The notes: generated by a model not told the origin, from the letters alone. DNA of 62,936 nucleotides, filler included, from Octopus bimaculoides (GCF_001194135.2; 8 parts of 8 records of this genome joined end to end with filler, not necessarily neighbours in it); one strand, 5' to 3'; shown: positions 11,818 to 24,866, counted from the whole stretch's first letter. Program-made: numbers and translations.

Positions 11818-13051
11818 ATTGGTTTTTTTTTAATGTATTTTTAATTGTTTGTTGGTAGATATACCAAAACTTGTTATTATGATATGAAAATATGTTTTAT
11901 TAATGTACATTTATGAAAGTTACAACTGTGTTAAATCTAAGTGTAAATGCATTAATAGATGTGTGTGTGCATGCATATGTGTGTGTGTATATATATATAT
12001 TATGTTTGTGTGTGTTTATATACAAAGAAACCTGTATGTTGGCATGTCTAGATATCAAATGTTACATTTGATACCATTTTTTTTGTTAACTCTCAACTCC
12101 ATCTTCTGCTCAAATTACCTAAATGCATTGAATTTGTTCAGTCAAAGCTACCAAGGCTTTCCTTTATGAAATTGCTGTTTGTCAAACATTCTCCAACTGT
12201 TATACCCATACACACTCACATAACACACAGATTTGTGTTTTGTGTTATATATATATGTGTTATAATATACCATGTGTGTATTGTATATAATTCAGTTGAT
12301 TGAATAAATTTGATTCACAAAACTGTACAGTTTGTACAATCTTGTATATAAACTACACAAATTATATTTATAGTTTTGTATATAAAGTTGATAAAGATGA
12401 ATAGATTTTGTATTTTTGATGGCTCTAAATAGTCATTCAATGTACTTCTTCCATCTTTTTACAAGAGTCTCCGCTGTAAGCATCACAATTCAATTCACAC
12501 AGCTTGTTCACTTTTGTGAACTTTAACTTGATATGCATATAACACTCACTCTCACATACACACCACACACACACACACACACACACATACACACACCACA
12601 CACACACACAATACACGCATGCGCACATACACATGCATGCACAGATTGTGTTGTTCCCCAGTATATTTAAATGTATAACTTCACATATTTACAAAACTCT
12701 ATTGTTACTTTATTGAGCACTTTGGCAATTCTTTTATACATTAAAAATATGCAGTATTTTATATANNNNNNNNNNNNNNNNNNNNNNNNNNNNNNNNNNN
12801 NNNNNNNNNNNNNNNNNNNNNNNNNNNNNNNNNNNNNNTTTGTATTTTTTTCATAGCTCCCATGGTTACTGAGATAATCTACTATAATAATACTCTTGTG
12901 TTTATGAATGAGAAAGGAAGGGGTGATAGATGAATAAGGAAGGAAGGAGTGATGTCATACTTGGTAGTGGGATGATGAAAATTGTACGCTGAAAAAAATA
13001 AATCAAACAGCGTTTCAACTCTGTTTGAATATATGTGTGTATGTAAAAGGA

Positions 13052-13087
<36 letters not shown>

Positions 13088-13316
13088 ATGAGCATGCAAT
13101 GGAAGTGGGATGGTTCATATTTGTTCGCTTAGTATTTGGGCTTATTTTTTGATTTGGTTGAATCTTGGTTGGTTTTTTTTAGCATTTTGACAGAAAAAAA
13201 TCATTCTAAAATTGTTTTTTAATGTAAGCATGCCCAAACAAGTCAAATCCTTACACAGAGCATGTTTTACGACCACATCATCCAAACTGACCGGGTGAAA
13301 CTGGGCTTAGCTGCTA

Positions 13317-13357
<41 letters not shown>

Positions 13358-14229
13358 TATATGTATATATCCTATTTATTCTAGTTACATTTTGTTCTGT
13401 AATACATACAATACTGCGTATATAGAGATAAGCATACCACAAGTTGTATAAACACATGGAAAGCAACTTTATGGAGCATTTTTGATGCTAAGGTAAGAAG
13501 AAAAAAATATGTGAGTGAGCAATTACACTTAAAATTACAGCAAAACAGGTTTGGGTCTTATTTCTCAAAGTAGGAAACTCCTGCTCTACGGGCTGTCCTT
13601 TCCTTCTAAACTTACATCTGTGTGGAACAACTCTCTCACTCTTTTCATGTTTATTCTTCAAGCATTAGCTTTCACAAATTCACCCTGGATATTCAACCAC
13701 ATCAATCTCACCGATGTAAGGAAATCATTTAGCGGTCACTAAATGATATGTAGATTGGGGATGACAACATGGATGTGGCACACTGTTCATAGATCACATA
13801 TTTAGATTTATTTTAGAAAATTTCATTCTATTTCCGGACAGATCACATTAGATTCAATTATTCTTAACTGACAGGAATATCATCTACTGCAAGATTCACC
13901 TTTAGTTAACTGACAGTGTTCTATCATTGACACAAGTATTAAACAGTGTTCTTTAAAAGAGATTCCTCAGTGTATTGGAGATATTGACATTTAAACTATT
14001 ATGTAGATGATTTTTTAATTCCTTTTATTGGTTTCAGTTATTAAACTACAATTGAGCTAAGGCACCCACATTTATTGATTCTAATGAATATATCAATCCC
14101 AATACTTATGGGGTTGTTTTATATGTATTTTAGCAATCTCCTTTAATTATCAAATGGATAAAAAAGAAAAAATCTATTGGTATAAAAGGTTGCAGCTATC
14201 TCCTAATTGAGTGATAATTATGTGTGTGT

Positions 14230-14289
<60 letters not shown>

Positions 14290-14639
14290 GTATATATATA
14301 TGTATATATATATATATGTATATATATATGTATATATATATATATGTATATNNNNNNNNNNNNNNNNNNNNNNNNNNNNNNNNNNNNNNNNNNNNTTAAT
14401 TAATTAANNNNNNNNNNNNNNNNNNNNNNNNNNNNNNNNNNNNNNNNNNNNTAAGAAGATCTCCGCAGGAGAAGGGGAGATAATCTCAACAGTCAACATT
14501 TCTCCAAAAGTACATGCCCTGTAAAGGAGAAAGTTAATTTCATTGCCTACCAATAAAAGGAATTTCGTAAGCATCTTATGATACAGACACACATATATAA
14601 GGTGAGCTAGCTTAACCCTTGGCAGTCGGGTAAGAGACT

Positions 14640-14677
14640 CTGATGAGCATTAATTGAATGCGAAATCACTGCTGATC
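14640..14677 (+). ncRNA. Hammerhead ribozyme core motif (helix I decayed)
   Basis: CTGATGA GCAT taattga ATGC GAAA TC actgct GA TC: canonical core, perfect helices II and III, AUC triplet. Helix I pairs at only about 4 of 7 positions. Confidence 0.5.
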
Positions 14678-15024
14678 TGGCTATGCACCGGATGCTATAG
14701 GGAACTTGCCTTCCTTGTCAGTCACAAGATAAATGCTTTCTCATGGCTAAGAGCTGTATTGACTCTTATTTCTAGCAACGCTGGTGCAAACTAGTAACCA
14801 TAATCACCGTAATAGAGTCTATAGTTCTGCATTTTGGTTGTAAATTAAGAATAAGCCACTTTTATTTTATACATACATACATCCGTACATACATATATAC
14901 ACACACATACACAAATACACACACACATATATATAGTTGGAATTTACAGAAAAACAAAAGACGAAGACAGGTGTGTAAACAACAAACAGGTGTATTAGTT
15001 TAACGCTCAGGAAGGTGAGAAAGT

Positions 15025-15060
15025 CTTTTACGTTTCGAGCCTAAGCTCTTCAACAGAAAG
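15025..15060 (-). ncRNA. Atypical minimal hammerhead-like motif in a short PLE-type repeat (~14935-15110)
   Basis: Minus strand: CTTT CTGTTGA A GAGC ttag GCTC GAAAC GTA AAAG. Helix I 4 bp, helix II 4 bp, loopless palindromic helix III (ACGT). A6 is U and there is an extra A after A9. Confidence 0.55.
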
Positions 15061-15241
15061 GAACAAAAGAAAATAAACAGAAAATAAACAAGAAAATACG
15101 TATATGTATACAGAGAGGTGGGGGGAGAGACAGAGAGGGAGACAAAAAATACTTAAATAGATAAATACATAGATAGATAGACTGAGAGACCGATCAAGAG
15201 GTAAATAGAGACAAACAGAGAGACAGACAGACAGACAAACT

Positions 15242-15279
<38 letters not shown>

Positions 15280-16127
15280 CACATACATTTCAGAGAGAAA
15301 GAGAANNNNNNNNNNNNNNNNNNNNNNNNNNNNNNNNNNNNNNNNNNNNNNNNNNNNNNNNNNNNNNNNNNNNNNNNNNNNNNNNNNNNNNNNNNNNNNN
15401 NNNNNNNNNNNNNNNNNNNNNNNNNNNNNNNNNNNNNNNNNNNNNNNNNNNNNNNNNNNNNNNNNNNNNNNNNNNNNNNNNNNNNNNNNNNNNNNNNNNN
15501 NNNNNNNNNNNNNNNNNNNNNNNNNNNNNNNNNNNNNNNNNNNNNNNNNNNNNNNNNNNNNNNNNNNNNNNNNNNNNNNNNNNNNNNNNNNNNNNNNNNN
15601 NNNNNNNNNNNNNNNNNNNNNNNNNNNNNNNNNNNNNNNNNNNNNNNNNNNNNNNNNNNNNNNNNNNNNNNNNNNNNNNNNNNNNNNNNNNNNNNNNNNN
15701 NNNNNNNNNNNNNNNNNNNNNNNNNNNNNNNNNNNNNNNNNNNNNNNNNNNNNNNNNNNNNNNNNNNNNNNNNNNNNNNNNNNNNNNNNNNNNNNNNNNN
15801 NNNNNNNNNNNNNNNNNNNNNNNNNNNNNNNNNNNNNNNNNNNNNNNNNNNNNNNNNNNNNNNNNNNNNNNNNNNNNNNNNNNNNNNNNNNNNNNNNNNN
15901 NNNNNNNNNNNNNNNNNNNNNNNNNNNNNNNNNNNNNNNNNNNNNNNNNNNNNNNNNNNNNNNNNNNNNNNNNNNNNNNNNNNNNNNNNNNNNNNNNNNN
16001 NNNNNNNNNNNNNNNNNNNNNNNNNNNNNNNNNNNNNNNNNNNNNNNNNNNNGGTGGTGAGAGGTGAGGCGGTGGTTATTTTCTCAACATCGCGCTGTCT
16101 GTCGTCTTAGTGTTGCTGTTGTTTATT

Positions 16128-16383
16128 TTGATGACGACGACGACGACGACGATGATGATGATGATGATGATGATGATGGGGTAGGAAGGGGGAAGAGGTC
16201 GGGGGAGAATCAAGCAAAAGGGAAAAGGATGAGGATGATAATCTTGACCATGATGATGATGAGGAGGAGGAGGAGGCAGATGATGATGACAATAATGACG
16301 GTGGTGGTGGTGGTGAGGAGGATGAGGAGGATGGCGATGATAATGTCCATGATGATGGTGATTATGATGGCAAAAATGCGGCT

Positions 16384-16414
<31 letters not shown>

Positions 16415-16810
16415 ATGACGATGACGATGATGATGATGAGTAGAAGGAGTAAGAGGAGGAGGAGGAGTAGAAGGAGTAGAAGGAACAGGAGGAAGAAGAA
16501 TCGGAAGACGACAGTGATGAAGAAGATGACGGTGGTGATGGTTGTGGTGATGATGTTGATAATGTTGATGATTGTGTTCATGACGATAGTGATGACGATG
16601 ATGATGATGCTGACGACGACGACGACGACGATGATAATGATAATAATAATAAAGTTATTGTGCTGATGGCGATGTAGACGAAGATGATGATGTTGATGAT
16701 GATGATGATGAGGAGGAGGAGGAGGAGATGAAGGGTTGATATAGTGTTGGTGATGGTTATGATATTGGCGAAGATGGAGGTGTCGGTGATGATGATGATA
16801 AAGTAGATGA
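16128..16810. repeat. Mosaic trinucleotide microsatellite array (GAC/GAT/GAG/GGT/GCT/AAT blocks)
   Basis: Directly visible; produces low-complexity ORFs in several frames. Confidence 0.9.
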
Positions 16811-17434
16811 TAGTATTGAAAGTGTGTGTGTTTGTGTGACTGTTGTCTGTGTGTCTTAATCTTACATCATTTTCCCCAGTCATGTCTTCTTCCTCCCTGT
16901 CACAAATTGCCTGATAACTGTATCCATTGGTTGCTGACTCTCCCCCGCCAAGCAGTTCTATCTCAAAGCGTCGAAACCGCCAGAGTCCTTTGTGAGACAG
17001 CTGATAATGGCATAATCTTCAGCATGTATATGAATACTTATAAAAGTATGTACACTCCACACCGTTAAATCCCACCCGATGCTTGTCTCTTCACACAGTT
17101 ACTCCACTTTGTATGTATATACCTTCCTAACTCTATTCCCTCTTCATAACTCCTCTCCATAGAACTGCATATCCACCCTGTCCTTAGCCTTTTCTTTTCC
17201 CTCCTTTTCACCACTCTTCTCTTTTTTACCTTTCCTCTTTATACTGACTCTTTGTCCAAAGCGTCGCAGACACCTTTCCTTTTCATTTCTTTTCAAGCGT
17301 GAAACTAATACCTTTATAAAAAAAAAATCTGTCTCGCATTTTTCCTTCTTTTTCTTCAATCATTATATATGTATTATATGTAGTAATGCGTGTGTGTATT
17401 CATAAATGCATATACAATATGCATACGCATACAC

Positions 17435-17477
<43 letters not shown>

Positions 17478-17728
17478 CATACATACATACATACATACAT
17501 ACATACGTACATACATATACACATACATGCATACATCACTGGAACTGTAAAAGTCTATAAAACTTTCCAGAAGTTTATCATTTAGATATATATGAGCATG
17601 TCTAGATATGTAGCTATATGCATGAGAATACATACATAAAACAAAATATACAAATCTGCACGTATACATACATATACACATACATACATATATAATAATA
17701 ATAATAATTTTTATTGGCTGTATATTAC

Positions 17729-17760
<32 letters not shown>

Positions 17761-17874
17761 GCAATAATAATGGGACTCCGAGGAGATGGAGTATCCTATA
17801 TTTTATAATATTTTATAATATTTTATATGTATTAACCATTCTGGATGTTCCATCGAAATGTTCATAGGCCATTT

Positions 17875-17942
<68 letters not shown>

Positions 17943-18619
17943 AAGTATTTTTAANNNNNNNNNNTTTTGAGCTCTATTTAAACTTGATGTATATACATAC
18001 ATACATACATACATACATACAAAAATACCCAGTTGTTGATGTTGAAATTCCAGTGAAGAATCCTTGGATCTGGGTTAAAAGCCGGCTCTTTCTCTATTGG
18101 CGGGAAATCTGGAAATAACTGAATAACAACATACATACATGCATACATACATACATCCATCCATCCATCCATCCATCCATACATACATACATACATACGT
18201 ACATACAAACTTATATACATGCATAAATACATACAAACATTCACACGCATATGGTGGGTGACTCCATCTTCACAAATGATTACCCCGCCCCCCTCTCCTT
18301 TGGCTTCCTCATTAGCAATGGCATTTGCGACTTTCCATTCGCGACCTCTCAGATGTCTATTCATTCCCGTGGTTGCAGAATCGTCTGCACGGCTTGAATC
18401 CTACGTAACAGGCGAACTTTGTAAGTTATTTGTGCTCTACCTCGCTGTTTACGTCTGTACACTTTGCAGACACTTTTTTTTTCCCCACTGGAATTGTCTG
18501 GAGATGGAATGACAAATGAAGTTAGTCAACCAGAGACATTGGTACGACATTGGATTATAGAGATAAACATTTGTATAACACGACTGCCACACACTGCGTC
18601 TTAACGCTTAGTACCGATT

Positions 18620-18690
18620 GACAGGCCGCCATGTTGTTTAATAATAAATAGCGAATATTTACCGATAACGGAAGTTGCCGCTGTCGATAC
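18620..18690 (-). promoter_or_regulatory. CpG-rich promoter-like segment with YY1-type and ETS-type motifs
   Basis: GCCGCCATGTTG (CAACATGGCGGC on minus) near 18625-18636 and CGGAAGT near 18669-18675, in a CpG-enriched island (18250-18700) in AT-rich surroundings. Confidence 0.45.
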
Positions 18691-18885
18691 AATCAAATTT
18701 ATTATGTATGATATTTGTATTAGATATTGTCTTTGCATATGGAAGTATGTGTGTGTGTATGTTTAAACAAATACACACACATACACACACATACACACAT
18801 ATATATATATATGTAAATATGTATATATACATGTGAATATGTATATATGAGTATGTATGCATATATGAGAGCACATGAAAATGTA

Positions 18886-18976
<91 letters not shown>

Positions 18977-19547
18977 NNNNNNNNNNNNNNNNNNNNNNNN
19001 NNNNNNNNNNNNNNNNNNNNNNNNNNNNNNNNNNNNNNNNNNNNNNNNNNNNNNNNNNNNNNNNNNNNNNNNNNNNNNNNNNNNNNNNNNNNNNNNNNNN
19101 NNNNNNNNNNNNNNNNNNNNNNNNNNNNNNNNNNNNNNNNNNNNNNNNNNNNNNNNNNNNNNNNNNNNNNNNNNNNNNNNNNNNNNNNNNNNNNNNNNNN
19201 NNNNNNNNNNNNNNNNNNNNNNNNNNNNNNNNNNNNNNNNNNNNNNNNNNNNNNNNNNNNNNNNNNNNNNNNNNNNNNNNNNNNNNNNNNNNNNNNNNNN
19301 NNNNNNNNNNNNNNNNNNNNNNNNNNNNNNNNNNNNNNNNNNNNNNNNNNNNNNNNNNNNNNNNNNNNNNNNNNNNNNNNNNNNNNNNNNNNNNNNNNNN
19401 NNNNNNNNNNNNNNNNNNNNNNNNNNNNNNNNCCCCCACACACACACACATACATGCACTTACAAAACATAGACACACATAGAGCGATACGCATGCGTTG
19501 ACACATACAAAAGGAGAGACACAGATAAGAAAGAAGAAAGCAAAGGA

Positions 19548-19587
19548 CCACTGATGAGGTCACAGAAGTGTGACGAAAGAACTCTGG
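19548..19587 (+). ncRNA. Weak hammerhead-like motif
   Basis: CCA CTGATGA G GTCACA gaag TGTGAC GAAA G aa C TC TGG. Helix II 6 bp, helix I 3 bp, helix III closes only a 2-nt loop. Confidence 0.3.
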
Positions 19588-20677
19588 CCGAAATATGATT
19601 AATGTAATATAAAGCTGAAGCAAATTAACACCAAATATACAGTGCGTGTGTTTTTATTGGCTAAACTGGCAACATGACCATCCCCAAGTACAACAACATC
19701 TATTTCAACACACGATTTCACATCTATGTATCTATCTATCTATCTATCTCTGTCTGTCTATCTANNNNNNNNNNNNNNNNNNNNNNNNNNNNNNNNNNNN
19801 NNNNNNNNNNNNNNNNNNNNNNNNNNNNNNNNNNNNNNNNNNNNNNNNNNNNNNNNNNNNNNNNNNNNNNNNNNNNNNNNNNNNNNNNNNNNNNNNNNNN
19901 NNNNNNNNNNNNNNNNNNNNNNNNNNNNNNNNNNNNNNNNNNNNNNNNNNNNNNNNNNNNNNNNNNNNNNNNNNNNNNNNNNNNNNNNNNNNNNNNNNNN
20001 NNNNNNNNNNNNNNNNNNNNNNNNNNNNNNNNNNNNNNNNNNNNNNNNNNNNNNNNNNNNNNNNNNNNNNNNNNNNNNNNNNNNNNNNNNNNNNNNNNNN
20101 NNNNNNNNNNNNNNNNNNNNNNNNNNNNNNNNNNNNNNNNNNNNNNNNNNNNNNNNNNNNNNNNNNNNNNNNNNNNNNNNNNNNNNNNNNNNNNNNNNNN
20201 NNNNNNNNNNNNNNNNNNNNNNNNNNNNNNNNNNNNNNNNNNNNNNNNNNNNNNNNNNNNNNNNNNNNNNNNNNNNNNNNNNNNNNNNNNNNNNNNNNNN
20301 NNNNNNNNNNNNNNNNNNNNNNNNNNNNNNNNNNNNNNNNNNNNNNNNNNNNNNNNNNNNNNNNNNNNNNNNNNNNNNNNNNNNNNNNNNNNNNNNNNNN
20401 NNNNNNNNNNNNNNNNNNNNNNNNNNNNNNNNNNNNNNNNNNNNNNNNNNNNNNNNNNNNNNNNNNNNNNNNNNNNNNNNNNNNNNNNNNNNNNNNNNNN
20501 NNNNNNNNNNNNNNNNNNNNNNNNNNNNNNNNNNNNNNNNNNNNNNNNNNNNNNNNNNNNNNNNNNNNNNNNNNNNNNNNNNNNNNNNNNNNNNNNNNNN
20601 NNNNNNNNNNNNNNNNNNNNNNNNNNNNNNNNNNNNNNNNNNNNNNNNNNNNNNNNNNNNNNNNNNNNNNNNNNNNT

Positions 20678-20761
20678 GGTGGTGGTGCCGATGGCCGTGA
20701 TGGTGGCGGTAGCGGTCGTGTTTGAGGTAGTGGTGACGTGATGGTGGTTGTAGTAGTAGTG

Positions 20762-20807
<46 letters not shown>

Positions 20808-21030
20808 TAGTAGTAGTAGTAGTGGTAGTGGTAGTAGTAGTTAGGAGTAGTGGTGGTTGTCGTGGCGGTGGTGGTGGTGGTTGTAATATTAATGCTAGTA
20901 GTAACAGCAGTGGTAGTGGTCGATGTAGAGGTAGCGGTATGAAGGTGGTACAAGTTGCAGTATAGTAGTGTCGATAGTCTCAGCAGCAGCAGTAGTAGTA
21001 GTCGTTGTTGTTGTGGTGGTAGTAGTAAGG
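20678..21030. repeat. Mosaic GGT/AGT/AGC trinucleotide array
   Basis: Directly visible. Confidence 0.9.
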
Positions 21031-21504
21031 TCAAATCGGAGACGAGAAGTGAAATGAATATGAAAATGTGGTTTGTGTTGTAGTTGTGGTGGTGCCGTAA
21101 AACTAATGATGTGTTTGACTGTGACTGGGAATCGAACTCTGCGTGAGATGTATATATATATATATATATATATGTCTGTTTCTCAGCCATCAAAACCAAT
21201 GCGAGTGCGTGTGAGGGTGTGTGGGGGGGTTGGGTGGCGCGTGGAGGGCCTATGCGCGTGTGGGTGTGTATGTGTCAATCTGTGCGTATGTATATCTGTN
21301 NNNNNNNNNNNNNNNNNNNNNNNNNNNNNNNNNNNNNNNNNNNTTAATTAATTAANNNNNNNNNNNNNNNNNNNNNNNNNNNNNNNNNNNNNNNNNNNNA
21401 TATATATATATATATATATATATATACATTCATACATATGACAGGTAGGCTTCTTATGTTTCAATACAACAATTTCTCTCACAAGATATTCGTTTCTACT
21501 CTAG

Positions 21505-21692
21505 GCACAATTTTGGGGGAGGGGGACAGTCGATTAGATCGACCCCAGCATGCAACTGGTACTTAATTCATCGACCCTGAAAAGATGAAAGCCAAAATCA
21601 ATCTCAGTGAAATTTGAACTCAGAACGTAAAGACAGACAAAATACCGCTAAGCATTTCGCCCAGTGTGCTAACATTTCTGCCATCTCGCCAC
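21505..21692 (-). mobile_element. tRNA-derived SINE with Deu/Nin-like central domain (family B)
   Basis: Head GGCGAGATGGCAGAAATGTTAGC...GAGTTCAAAT, then CTTTCATCTTTTCAGGGTCGATGAATTAAGTACCAGTTG. Related copies near 22270-22440(-), 31660-31960(+), 42085-42300(+), 59500-59592(-) and 10870-11000(+). Domain name is from recall. Confidence 0.7.
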
Positions 21693-22599
21693 CTTTTCTC
21701 TCACAAGATATTGGTTGATTCATGGGTGCAGCGTGCAATATTAGCTGACAATATTCATGTAAACTTCTTAGCCAATATCATTGCTACTATTCCCTAGCTT
21801 TTGTTAAAACATGTCTCTAAGAGAAAGAAGGTCACTCTGATATAATACCAGATTTGCAGGGAATGGCATTGAACATTTTGAGAATATTTTGCTTGTACTT
21901 GAGATCGTGGTGCTCCCACATTCCTGAACCTGCAACTGGATATGTTGCCCTGGCTTGTCTCTGGATCATGTCAGTAAGGTGGAGAAAGTCTGTGAGGTGC
22001 TGTGCAAGCCTTATTGGAGCTAAAATTTTAGGTTGTGCAATTGCCAGCAAGATGAATATCTGATGCCGAGTCAAGTAGGAGAGCACCATGGCAAGCTTGG
22101 AAGCAACAGACGCGATCCCAGGTGAAGCTGACTACTGGTGCAATAACTTTATGCCAACTTGAGACTGGTTCTATGGTATAAACTGTTGTTTTAAAATGAT
22201 CTAAAATAAAATCTTTCACCAAAATCTCATGCTATGTCTCAAACACTAGCTTAATAGTTGTTTCTAAATTAGGTACAAAGCCAGCAATTTTTAGGTATGT
22301 GTGTGTGTCAATACCATCAACCTCAGTACTAGGCTGGTACTTTATTTTAACAACCTAGTGGGTACAAATGGCAAAGTCAACCTCAGCAGGATTCAAACTT
22401 AGAACATAAACATCCAGAATAATTATGTAAAGCTGCAATCCCCAACCTTTATTTGCATCACCAACCAGTTTCAAGCAAGACAGTTTTACCATAAACTGGG
22501 AGGGCATGCACATAACAAAACACAATAAATGCATGGTATATAATTTAATTATTACATATACAATACATATATATTATATATGTAATACCTTTTTCTTCT

Positions 22600-23010
22600 T
22601 CTTAGGCCTCTTGATTCCTCAGGGAACATAGGGCTACAACAATATTTTTCCAATGGATGCAGTTCTGGGGGATCCTCTTCAGCTCAGCCCACGTCATTCC
22701 AGCTGCCCTCATCTCTGGGTTAACACTCCTGTACCAAGACTGTTTTGGTTGGCCCACTTTTCACTTCCCCTATGGGTTCCAGTCAAGGGCCTGCTTGGTG
22801 ACATTTGGTGCAGGCTTTCATAGCATGTGGCCTATCCATCCACATTTTCATTGCTTGATATATGTCTCGATTGGGGCTTGCCCTGTCCTGTCCCACAGTT
22901 GTTCATTGGAGATGCCCTCTGGCCACCTGATGTTAAGGATGTTTCTGAGACATCTGTTAGTGAATGTCTGGAGCTTGTGGATGTTAGTCTTGGTCACTCA
23001 CCATGTTTCT
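22600..23010 (-). mobile_element. RTE-clade LINE 3' end
   Basis: ETW*VTKTNIHKLQTFTNRCLRNILNIRWPEGISNEQLWDRTGQAPIET...WIGHML...TKQALDWNP.GK.KVGQPKQSW, then a (GAA)n tail. Confidence 0.85.
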
Positions 23011-23129
23011 GAGCTTCTGATGCAGACTGAAATATTTAATAAAGTAAAAACAAAAAGAATTTGATAAGTGCTAATGCAGGAAACTTCTGACCCTTGAGTC
23101 ACTCTGTTGCTTCTGATAAATATTGATTT

Positions 23130-23445
23130 CAAATTTTGGCACAAGGCCAGCAAGTTCCAAGTAGGGACTTAGTCAATTAAATCAACCTGTGTTCAATAGG
23201 TATTTATTTTATCGATTCTGAAAGGATGAAAGGCAAAGTCAGCCTCAGTGGAATTTGAAATCAGAATGTAATGACTGACACTTCTGCTAAATATTGGTTT
23301 CAGATTTTGGCACAAGACCAGTAATTTTAGTGAGAGTTGGGGTAAATCAACAACATCAACCCTAATGATTGACCAGTAATTATTTTATCAACCCTGAAAG
23401 AATGGAAGGCAATGTTGACCTCGGCAGAATCTAAACTCTGCTAAA
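23130..23445 (-). mobile_element. Two tandem degraded family-B SINE copies
   Basis: Repeated AAATTTTGGCACAAG...ATCGA/ACCCTGAAAG.ATG.AAGGC...CTCAG/GGCAGAAT. Confidence 0.6.
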
Positions 23446-23839
23446 TATAAACAAAAAAAGATATACATAAATGCTCATGTTTTGAATTCTATTTTTCCTG
23501 TTTGCATCACCAAACCTGAAATAAAAATTTTGAAATTCATTCTTTCTATGATATCTGGTACCAAATGTCTTGTGGCCCAGAACTGGTCCATGGCTCAGCA
23601 ATAGGGAACCTCTGCTGTAACCCATTCTATCCAGTGCTCTAGGGATTCTGCCTATTCACTGCTTTACACCAGCTCCCTATTGACTGTTATTTTTTACTAA
23701 ATCCGTCGTTATTTTCAATGTTATTTGAAACAAAAGCATTGCATTTCATGAGAAAGGATAACAAAAGGGTTTCAACTGCAGCTTCACCAACAACACAACT
23801 CTGCATCATCCCTATTACCGCCACCATGTTAGCCACATG

Positions 23840-24064
23840 TGATGATGATGGTGATGATGATGATGATGATGATGATTACGATGACGATGACGACAATGAT
23901 GATGATGACGACAATGATGATGATGATGACAATAATGACAATGATGATGACAATGACAACAATGATGATGATGACAATGATGATGACAATGGTGGTGGTG
24001 GTGGTGGTGGTAGTGGATGTTGGACTCATCTCTGTTGCAACAAACCAAAACTACCCACATCACT

Positions 24065-24095
<31 letters not shown>

Positions 24096-24520
24096 CAAAT
24101 ACCACACACACCACCATGACAACAACATAAACAGAATTGTCACCACCACCACCACCACAATGACAATAGTATCTCCAGCACTATCATCATAAAAACAAAT
24201 ATTACCAGCACCTCCAGCAGCACAACAGCAAAATCACCACCGCCATGACAACACCATTGTCAACACCAACAGCAACACCACCATGACAACAGCATCGCCA
24301 ACGACACCACTCCTACTACTAACACTAACAGCAACACCAACACCACCACCATCACCATCACCACTATGACAAGAGCATCACCACTGACACCACTAACACT
24401 TCTATGACAGCACCATCATTATCATCACCACCACCTCCACCATCACCACCACCACCATGACAACAGCATTATCAATACAACACACCTCTCACCCATGGCA
24501 ACATAACAATAACAAGAACA
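23840..24520. repeat. Mosaic GAT/GAC/GGT then CAC/AAC/CAT trinucleotide array
   Basis: Directly visible. Confidence 0.9.
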
Positions 24521-24605
24521 ACAACATCAGATTAACAAACTGCTATCAGAACTACTGATACCTTAATTCCACTACAGCAACCAATTTCTACTTGAAACTT
24601 CACAT

Positions 24606-24639
<34 letters not shown>

Positions 24640-24755
24640 TCACATTTTGTCAATTATCAAAATTAATATCTCTCCACTATATTATCAACCCTCGCTCTGC
24701 ACCTATACACTCTGATTTGTTTCCTTCCTTATTATATCTACATTGCTCTACATTA

Positions 24756-24847
<92 letters not shown>

Positions 24848-24866
24848 CTGTGAGCATGTGCATGTG

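Noticed and set aside
13183-13209. ttttttag|HFDRKKSF* resembling the PKC NFDR motif
   Set aside because: Only 8 codons, and similarity is limited to three residues.
14396-14407. TTAATTAATTAA palindrome flanked by ~44 N on each side, seven times (14396, 21344, 34607, 41830, 53239, 55439, 61185)
   Set aside because: Identical, always centred in N-runs, with stops in all six frames: an assembler gap spacer, not biology.
16064-16883. Poly-M/I/D/H/V/S/T ORFs over trinucleotide arrays, and YI/CV/HT dipeptide ORFs
   Set aside because: Translations of microsatellites with no splice or homology support.
21832-22222. Overlapping ORFs in a GC-richer unique block
   Set aside because: No recognisable domain or consistent exon boundaries; probably an old TE fragment.
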